Source: Candidatus Electrothrix yaqonensis (lineage in GTDB: Bacteria; Desulfobacterota; Desulfobulbia; Desulfobulbales; Desulfobulbaceae). Taken from it: DNA of 32,000 nucleotides. This document shows positions 26,708 through 32,000 of the stretch, piece after piece. The position numbers were made by a program, and so were the translations under genes. Numbering within the stretch: the stretch's first letter is position 1; each line of letters opens with the position of its first letter. The notes beneath the pieces were generated by a model. The model had not been told where the DNA came from, searched no databases, and saw only the letters and a list, made by a program, of their open reading frames with translations. The stretch covers positions 2,280,001-2,312,000 of the forward strand of contig CP178758.1 of NCBI GenBank assembly GCA_047651235.1. The letters run 5' to 3'.

Positions 26708-27034
26708 CACATGTTCTGCATGGACCAGCAAGAGCTTGAATTGACCGAGGCGAGAGGAGAGGAGCCACCGAATGAGCAGGTAGATGAATAAGAAGCCAAC
26801 GCATAGGCCGAGAACACCACCAACTATTGGGGCTGCTTTTGGTACACCCGCGAGGCCTAAGATAAAGCCGGCTATGCCACCGAGGATGCCTCCGCAGAGA
26901 CCAGAGCCGATTGATATGATAATGGCTCGCCAAAAGAAGCTCCAGCAGACGCTTGCTTTTGAAGAGAGAGGAAGTTCTGAGATGTTCAATGGGTTCATGT
27001 CGGACTCCGAGGGGAAAGATTCAAGAGAAGCCAT
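26702..27034 (-). CDS. small glycine-zipper membrane protein (cassette ORF)
   Basis: 110 aa with two predicted TM helices rich in GxxxG (GSGLCGGILGGIAGFILGLAG, VGGVLGLCVGFLF). The ATG lies 28 nt after the G|TTAGGC junction. Confidence 0.6.
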   Translation of the reverse strand: MASLESFPSESDMNPLNISELPLSSKASVCWSFFWRAIIISIGSGLCGGILGGIAGFILGLAGVPKAAPIVGGVLGLCVGFLFIYLLIRWLLSSRLGQFKLLLVHAEHVA

Positions 27035-27062
27035 GTAGTAGATTGATGCATTGGTGGTTGTG

Positions 27063-27125
27063 GCCTAACCATTGATTCCAAAGGCGCGCCCCTTCGGGCC
27101 ACGCCTTTGGAATGCCGAGTTGACC
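27063..27125 (-). other. attC-like recombination site (63 nt)
   Basis: Minus strand: GGTCAAC-TCGGC-ATTCCAAAGGCG-(15 nt)-CGCCTTTGGAAT-CAATG-GTTAGGC. Perfect 12-bp L stems, unpaired 5-nt spacers, and a canonical GTTAGGC core. Confidence 0.5.
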
Positions 27126-27254
27126 GTACCGGCCCAACATTTGATTCCTGCGGCGCTGCGCGCCTTCGGAACCAAACGTTGGACTCGAAATTTTCCTGGT
27201 ATAATCAACCGCAAGCGGCCATTATACCAGGAAAATTCCGGTCAACTCGGCATT
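27111..27254 (-). ncRNA. candidate structured RNA / ORF-less cassette (16-bp closing helix around two long hairpins)
   Basis: The perfect 16-bp pairing 27111-27126/27239-27254 encloses a 19-bp hairpin (27187-27205/27221-27239) and a 15-bp hairpin (27134-27148/27168-27182). All three non-WC pairs are G.U only on the minus strand. The G(CUUG)C tetraloop also exists only on the minus strand. Confidence 0.35.
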
Positions 27255-27327
27255 ATCAGGCGATGTTCACTGATAACAGGTGATAATTGACATTATCGGG
27301 AATGCTGCTCTGATAATGTATTATCAG
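27252..27327. promoter_or_regulatory. cluster of GATAAT/ATTATC palindromes (operator- or attI-like)
   Basis: CTGATAAT-GT-ATTATCAG is a perfect 18-bp palindrome at 27310-27327. TGATAAT-TGAC-ATTATCG lies at 27281-27298. ATTATCAG (27252-27259) pairs with CTGATAAC (27270-27277). Confidence 0.5.
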
Positions 27328-27375
27328 GAACTACCAGACGATTGAATGATTATCCCGTCTGATCAGTAATTCCTG

Positions 27376-27404
27376 TTTATATTCCTTAAACATACTGGTT
27401 TCAA
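27376..27404 (-). promoter_or_regulatory. sigma70-type promoter firing into the cassette array (Pc-like)
   Basis: Minus strand TTGAAA-(17 nt)-TATAAA in an AT-rich stretch, about 125 nt upstream of the first G|TT junction. Confidence 0.5.
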
Positions 27405-27529
27405 AAAGTAAACAGAAAAAAGCAGTGCAGGGGCGTAAAAAGTATCCCGCCGGTATCACACCTCTTTTTCACACCCCTTCCACAAACCACATAACGAAGC
27501 TGTCTGCTTCCGCACCTCCCGCTCTCCTT

Positions 27530-27713
27530 AAAAAATTCATCGGGTATCAAAAGGATCTTTTATCGAGTACCAAAAGGATCCTTTATCGGGCGTAGACCGG
27601 ATCACTTATCGCCCGTAAAGTGATGTATTCTACGCCCGTAAAATGGATCAATCATCGGGTATCAAAAGGATCATTTATCGAGTACCAAAAGGATCGTTTA
27701 TCGGGCGTAGTTT
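27530..27713. repeat. eight phased 23-bp iterons (consensus GGATCnTTTATCGrG...AAA), organised as a 59-bp direct repeat 115 bp apart
   Basis: GGATC at 27553, 27576, 27599, 27645, 27668 and 27691, with degenerate units at 27530 and 27622. All offsets are multiples of 23. 27537-27595 and 27652-27710 differ at 2 positions. Confidence 0.85.
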
Positions 27714-27798
27714 TACCGAACGAACGACAATACTTTTTATCCGGGACAGCCCGTGCCGGTTTCTGGCCGTAATTGTTCGGCAATCTTCAAGAAAATAC

Positions 27799-27827
27799 TT
27801 GACAGGACATACCCTGCCCTTTAAGGT
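27799..27827 (+). promoter_or_regulatory. possible sigma70 promoter of the HU-like/nuclease operon
   Basis: TTGACA (27799-27804), a 17-nt spacer, then TAAGGT (27822-27827). This lies 58 nt upstream of ATG 27885. The -10 is weak. Confidence 0.35.
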
Positions 27828-27884
27828 GTTTACAAATAAAATCTATTTTTTCATCATATTACCCCTCTGCAACGGAGAAACGTC

Positions 27885-28958
27885 ATGCCCGTGATCCACT
27901 GCAAACTCGAAGTCAACGCCCTCACAGTACCTCAGTCCTATAAAATGCGTTTTATCCCCAATAATAACCTGGGCACGAAGGACATTGCCGCAGCTATGTG
28001 CGAGATCGCCCCTGTTCTTACCCCGGATGTGGCCGAAGTCTCCATCAGCGCCCTTCTTCAGGCAGTTCAGAAGAATATGATCAACGGCAATCACGTCAGC
28101 CTGAATGACAAACTCATCTTCACCCTTTCCTTTACCGGCCGCCTGGACAATCCGGACGACCCGCTGCCGCCTGCTGCCGAGACCCTGCATGTGCGGGTTC
28201 AGCCCGCAGCAGGTTTTATGAAAGAGATACACTATCAGGCCGTGCTCGAACGGATGGACATGACTGAGAAGCTGCCGCAGATCAATCGGGTCGAGAACAG
28301 CACTCTGCAGCTCAATGATGTCCTGAGCAGCACCGATGTTCTGCAGCTGCACGGCGACAACCTGAACTTTGATCCGCAGTCGGGCAACGGGGAATGCGTG
28401 ATCAGCGGCACCCGCAGCGGCACGGCAGTCCAGACTCAGTTCGGGCCGATTTCCGACACCAATATCATCCTGATTCCCACTGTTCCGGCCCAGGACGATC
28501 CCTGGAATAACGAATACACCCTGTCGCTCTCGGTGCGCTATACCGAACACGGCACCCTGCGCACCGCCGTCTACCGCCGCAGACTGCGCACCCCGCTGGC
28601 AGTGCCCGGTCTGGGAGGGGAGACGCCGCCTGAGACCGGCATCCTGACCGGCAATGCAGCCACGCCTTATGTCGGGATCAATGCAGGCACGCTCACGGCG
28701 GACGAACGCCTCCGTATTCAGGTGGTTCAGGATGTGGCCGGAGAGCAGCTGCTCTTCTCCCTGCTTGATATGCAGGAAGGCGGCGCAGCAGGCACTGCGG
28801 TTGTCGTGACCCAGAACGGCGAATACATTCTGCCCGGCTTTGCCGGTTCCGCTGTCAGCACCCTGGAAATCACGGTGAATGAATACGCCGCCCTCTGGGA
28901 TATGATCCGCAATGACTATCAGGGCAGGCTGGTGGATGTGCTGGAGGTGGCGATGTAG
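27885..28958 (+). CDS. HU-like (Bacteroides HU_HIG-type) DNA-binding domain protein with DUF4469-like Ig-fold domain and unknown C-terminal domain
   Basis: 357 aa with RBS GGAGA. The N-terminal ~115 aa follow the HU_HIG pattern (YKMRFIPNNNLGTKDIAAAMCEIAPVLTPDVAEVSISALLQAVQKNMINGNHVSLNDKLIFTLSFTG ... LHVRVQPAAGFMKEI). The middle INRVENSTLQLNDVLSSTDVLQLHGDNLNFDP resembles DUF4469. Assignment is from remembered family patterns, not from a search. Confidence 0.55.
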   Translation: MPVIHCKLEVNALTVPQSYKMRFIPNNNLGTKDIAAAMCEIAPVLTPDVAEVSISALLQAVQKNMINGNHVSLNDKLIFTLSFTGRLDNPDDPLPPAAETLHVRVQPAAGFMKEIHYQAVLERMDMTEKLPQINRVENSTLQLNDVLSSTDVLQLHGDNLNFDPQSGNGECVISGTRSGTAVQTQFGPISDTNIILIPTVPAQDDPWNNEYTLSLSVRYTEHGTLRTAVYRRRLRTPLAVPGLGGETPPETGILTGNAATPYVGINAGTLTADERLRIQVVQDVAGEQLLFSLLDMQEGGAAGTAVVVTQNGEYILPGFAGSAVSTLEITVNEYAALWDMIRNDYQGRLVDVLEVAM

Positions 28959-29084
28959 AGGCGGGGTAAGGGGAGAGCTGAACTGTTCCCTGTCCGTGGT
29001 GCTTTATCTGTCAGTGGAACTGGAACTCTACTGACTATCTTGCAGAAGATGATGTTACAAAACAAAAAGTAAGGAGGTAGAAAG

Positions 29085-30338
29085 ATGACCGGATACAATG
29101 AATCGTTTCTTGATGGTGTGCGACTTCCCATCCCTGAATTCAATACAGTACTGTCGAGTGAAGTGCTGAATCTGGGAGAAGTGTTCCACTATCCGAACTA
29201 TTCGGTGATCATGAACAGTGCGCCGGACAAGCGTTCACCCGTGATCGTGTGCCTGAATATCGACCAGAATCTGCTCAAAAGCACCAGGAGAAGCAACCGC
29301 TGGCGTATCGATCCCCGGATCGGATTCGAGAACCAGTTGGACAACGATTACTATGTCCGGAATCCTTGGGACAGAGGCCACATGACACGCCGTACCTCAG
29401 CAGCTTGGGGGCAGACAAAACGTGATGCGCAGTATGCCTCTGACGAGACCTTCTACTATTCCAACAGCACGCTCCAGCATGCCAACCTGAACCAGGATGA
29501 ATGGCTGAAACTGGAGGACTGGGTCTATGGACTCAAGCTCGACAAGGACGGGAAAATAACCTCGTTCTCCGGGCCGATCTATGGTGATTTTGATCGGACA
29601 ATCCGTCCCTCCGGGCGGCGGACTGCACTCATTCCGGCAGGCTTTTTCAAGGTGGTCTGCTTCATCAATAAGGAGACCGGCAAGCTGGATGTCCGTGCCT
29701 TTGTCATGTACCAGGATGCCGAGGCACTGGCGGACAAGTCCGGTCGTAAACGGTATGATAACCAGCACTACCAGGTCACTATCACCGAGGTCGAGGAGCT
29801 GACCGGTCTGCGGTTCGATGATGCCATTTATGAGTCTAACCCCCTCTACTACTCTGAGGAGAATGCTGCGTCTGAAGAGAACGTTTCAACTTTTCCGGAG
29901 AGGATTGAAGTTGCCAAGCCAGAGGATATTATTGCAGCCGGAGACAAGCGGCAGACGCTTAAAGACGATATTGTCGATATCTTTATTGCTGCGGCAATGC
30001 CTGATCCTGCCGGGAGTGGCGTCGGCAACGAATGGGTGTCTTTGATCAACCTCGGCAGTGAAGCAGTCGATCTGACCGGATGGTCACTGAGCGACAACTC
30101 GGATAAACGCCTGGTAATTGATACCGTGGTCAGTGATTCTGCTTCCCGTGTGCTTGCTCCGGGAAAGTCAATCGTCGTAAAAGGATTGGAACCGTTGCAG
30201 TTGGCAAACAAGGGTGACATCATCAAACTCTATGATGCTGACGGAGCACGGATCGACTGGGTTAATTACACAAAGCCTATGGTCCGTAGCGGGAAAGCGG
30301 TGGTTTTCCTGTCACCGCGCAATACCTTGGATGTATAG
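29085..30338 (+). CDS. DNA/RNA non-specific endonuclease (Endonuclease_NS, DRGH beta-beta-alpha-Me) fused to a lamin-tail domain; no signal peptide
   Basis: 417 aa with strong RBS AAGGAGG. PWDRGHM (catalytic His) and YYSNSTLQHANLNQDEWLKLED (Mg-binding Asn region) are collinear with Serratia/NucA nucleases. The C-terminal NEWVSLINLGSEAVDLTGWSLSD...GDIIKLYDADGARID is an LTD pattern. The N-terminus MTGYNESFLDG is not hydrophobic. Confidence 0.8.
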   Translation: MTGYNESFLDGVRLPIPEFNTVLSSEVLNLGEVFHYPNYSVIMNSAPDKRSPVIVCLNIDQNLLKSTRRSNRWRIDPRIGFENQLDNDYYVRNPWDRGHMTRRTSAAWGQTKRDAQYASDETFYYSNSTLQHANLNQDEWLKLEDWVYGLKLDKDGKITSFSGPIYGDFDRTIRPSGRRTALIPAGFFKVVCFINKETGKLDVRAFVMYQDAEALADKSGRKRYDNQHYQVTITEVEELTGLRFDDAIYESNPLYYSEENAASEENVSTFPERIEVAKPEDIIAAGDKRQTLKDDIVDIFIAAAMPDPAGSGVGNEWVSLINLGSEAVDLTGWSLSDNSDKRLVIDTVVSDSASRVLAPGKSIVVKGLEPLQLANKGDIIKLYDADGARIDWVNYTKPMVRSGKAVVFLSPRNTLDV

Positions 30339-30353
30339 CTGAAGCAGAGCCGC

Positions 30354-30388
30354 AGGCCGGGTGAAGCATTATGGGAACCCGGCCTTTT
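30354..30388 (+). terminator. rho-independent terminator after the nuclease gene
   Basis: AGGCCGGG-(16 nt)-CCCGGCCT followed by TTT, 16 nt after the stop codon. Confidence 0.55.
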
Positions 30389-30564
30389 GCGCCTCTATAG
30401 TTGTCAGCACTTCCCATGGATCGTATTTTCCTTTTCTCTCACTGCCTGTTCGTTCTCTTCTTGTCAACAGCGCAAGAAATGACTATTGTTCTGATTACGA
30501 AATAATCTACAGAGGAAAACGAACCAAACAGCCCCTGATCGCCAGCGGCGATACTGTCCGAACA

Positions 30565-31011
30565 ATGAAGATCGTCTGTAAAAATAAAAAGGCCTTCCAT
30601 GATTATCATATTGATAAAACTATGGAGGCTGGCATGGTGCTGACCGGGCCGGAGGTAAAATCCCTGCGTGCCGGTCGGGCCAATATCAAGGACGGTTATG
30701 CAAGAATGAAGGACGGGGAGGTGTTTCTCTATAATATCCACATTTCCCCGTATGCCTTTGCCGCCGATGCCGCTGATCCGCTGCGGGTGCGCAAGCTGCT
30801 CCTGCACCGCCGGGAAATACGCAAGCTGATCGGCAAGCTGAATGAAAAAGGGGTTGCGCTTATTCCGCTCAAGATATACTTTATACATAACGGCAAGGCA
30901 AAAGTGGAACTCGGCCTTGCTCGCGGCAAGAAACTCTATGATAAGCGCGCCGCCTTAAAAGAAAAGCAATCAAAACGTGATGTCCAGCGTTCATTGCGTC
31001 AACAGTATTAA
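30565..31011 (+). CDS. smpB: SsrA-binding protein SmpB
   Basis: 148 aa from [37 protein letters not shown]..., a typical SmpB lying directly upstream of ssrA. The upstream part of the track ORF is rejected. Confidence 0.95.
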   Translation: MKIVCKNKKAFHDYHIDKTMEAGMVLTGPEVKSLRAGRANIKDGYARMKDGEVFLYNIHISPYAFAADAADPLRVRKLLLHRREIRKLIGKLNEKGVALIPLKIYFIHNGKAKVELGLARGKKLYDKRAALKEKQSKRDVQRSLRQQY

Positions 31012-31018
31012 TTGTTAT

Positions 31019-31380
31019 GGGGGTGAAACGGATTCGACGGGGATATGTAAGCTCAGCGTTGCATGTCGAGTGTTCTGTCAGCTCGTAAAAATGATGGAAT
31101 TGTAAATATAATCGCAGACGATTATAACTACGCACTGGCAGCGTAAGCTGCTGTGCCGCTTTCTCGGTCCGCGCCCGTAAGGCCGGAGCAAAGCGTCGAT
31201 TCTTCGGGCTGGTCTAACCGATGTGCCTCTCATTGGAAAGACGAGAATTTAACAGGCTGGCATTCGGCAATCTGCTGTTTCGGGTGAGAGCCGGGTGCGA
31301 GATTTTTACCCGGAACTAAACATGTAGAGACGTGAGGGGAGTATTTTCGGACCCGGGTTCAACTCCCGGCACCTCCACCA
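31019..31380 (+). ncRNA. ssrA: tmRNA (ssrA)
   Basis: The 5' GGGGGTGAAACGGATTCGACGGGG pairs with the 3' ...CACCTCCACCA, including G3:U, to form the tRNA-Ala-like acceptor. T-arm GGGTTCAACTCCCGG is present. Tag reading frame 31114-31146 is GCAGACGATTATAACTACGCACTGGCAGCGTAA = ADDYNYALAA*. Confidence 0.95.
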
Positions 31381-31391
31381 AAAAAAGAAAA

Positions 31392-31426
31392 GCCCGCAAC
31401 CTGACACGGTCTGCGGGTTTTTTTTA
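31392..31426 (+). terminator. rho-independent terminator of ssrA
   Basis: GCCCGCAACC-(loop)-GGTCTGCGGG followed by a T8 run. Confidence 0.7.
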
Positions 31427-31553
31427 TGTCCGCTGCAGTCCGGGGCGTCCGTTGAGAGCCACGAAAAATTACAGTACCAAACGAAATTTCAGAAAGAGGT
31501 ACTTGTTCTGGTTAGTGAACAGTTGCATTCATTCCCTATGAATTGAAAATTCC

Positions 31554-32000
31554 ATGAGCAGACAAGGCGCAAAATCAGATCAGGGAGATAACTACCAGCG
31601 GTTCATAGCCCAGCACTGGATAATCCGCCTGATCAGTGATGACGAGATTGACTTTATTCAGGCCCAATCTACCGGTCTGCCCGGCGTGGATGAAAAAATC
31701 ACGGTTGATGACATCGTTATCTGCTATAAAAACGGGCAGCGGCGGCATATTCAGGCTAAGAAAAATCAGTCGGCAAATCGTTGCTGGAACCTGACCGATC
31801 TAAAGGACGAGCTGCCTAAGATACTGGAGCAGCTCGAAAGCTCTCCGCAGACTCTGGTTGCACTCTACTCTCGTACCCCGTTCGGCGAGTTCGCAAGTCT
31901 TGTCGAAGCAGGCAGAGAATATCCTGATTTTGCCGCATTCAAGCACGAGACCGGTAAAAATCTCCAAGATGCCTTGGCTTCGCTTGCCGCCTGTTGGGAT
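31554..32000 (+). CDS. PD-(D/E)xK nuclease-like N-terminal domain protein (DUF4297/Cap4-type), 3' end outside window
   Basis: Open frame from ATG 31554 to the window edge (149 codons), absent from the ORF track because it has no stop. GDNYQRFIAQHW...VDEKITVDDIVICYKNGQRRHIQAKKN fits the G-x-x-YQ ... D ... (D/E)-x-K layout of DUF4297-type effector domains. Confidence 0.5.
   Translation, partial: MSRQGAKSDQGDNYQRFIAQHWIIRLISDDEIDFIQAQSTGLPGVDEKITVDDIVICYKNGQRRHIQAKKNQSANRCWNLTDLKDELPKILEQLESSPQTLVALYSRTPFGEFASLVEAGREYPDFAAFKHETGKNLQDALASLAACWD

Larger units (their letters stand above)
25499..27246 (-). mobile_element. integron-type gene cassette array without integrase (CALIN-like), 3-4 units
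   Basis: Co-oriented AT-rich ORFs are separated by GC-rich imperfect palindromes bounded by RYYYAAC...GTTRRRY-like cores. In 3 of 3 units the six bases after G|TT are the exact complement of that unit's own R'' core. See finding. Confidence 0.6.

Noticed and set aside
26544-26933. 129-aa minus-strand ORF overlapping the attC-like site and the glycine-zipper ORF
   Set aside because: It is an alternative frame of the better-supported 26702..27034 ORF and reads through the GC-rich palindrome. It is Arg/Ser/Pro/Leu-rich and implausible.
27111-27254. Retron msr/msd-like ncRNA (flanking inverted repeats enclosing hairpins)
   Set aside because: No reverse transcriptase ORF lies adjacent on either strand. 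The flanking complementarity is better explained by the cassette junction/R'' relationship. It is kept only as a generic structured-RNA candidate.
27530-27713. Could the regular repeats be a CRISPR array?
   Set aside because: The period is only 23 bp and there are no unique spacers between repeats. The units are contiguous iterons, and no cas genes are nearby.

Overview
32-kb chromosomal window. Gene content suggests a Desulfobacterota (Desulfobulbales-like) anaerobe, but this cannot be verified from the sequence alone.

**1-24.8 kb: mostly housekeeping.** It holds a translationally coupled multi-REC two-component cluster: a histidine kinase tail, a CheY-like response regulator, a REC-PAS-PAS-HK-REC hybrid kinase, and a response regulator with a Cys-rich C-terminal module. 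The remaining genes are cbiC, ftsK, an AT-rich orphan gene, a CPBP protease, an orphan SdhB/FrdB Fe-S subunit, ampG, a deaminase, a double zinc-ribbon protein, rsmA, DUF2062, tsaD, moaA, tRNA-Arg(UCU), a cysteine synthase::CysRS-like fusion with degenerate class-I signature motifs, TolC, a CAP-domain lipoprotein, galE and cbiA.

**24.8-30.5 kb: an AT-rich accessory island between cbiA and smpB-ssrA, the most interesting part.**
- (i) On the minus strand lies a short integron-type cassette array. Its attC-like sites have R'' cores that match the first six bases of their own cassette. It carries a small glycine-zipper membrane protein, a DUF2971 protein, a 2-TM protein and an ORF-less, highly structured unit. 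No integrase is present in the window.
- (ii) A near-consensus promoter and GATAAT/ATTATC palindromes sit at the head of the array.
- (iii) Eight phased 23-bp iterons follow, six of them with GGATC.
- (iv) A divergent two-gene operon encodes an HU-like/DUF4469-like DNA-binding protein and a leaderless DRGH non-specific endonuclease fused to a lamin-tail domain. This is my best candidate for an undescribed system.

**Downstream of ssrA:** a second accessory region begins with a PD-(D/E)xK (DUF4297/Cap4-like) gene truncated by the window edge.

No rRNA, CRISPR array or intact transposase/integrase was found.
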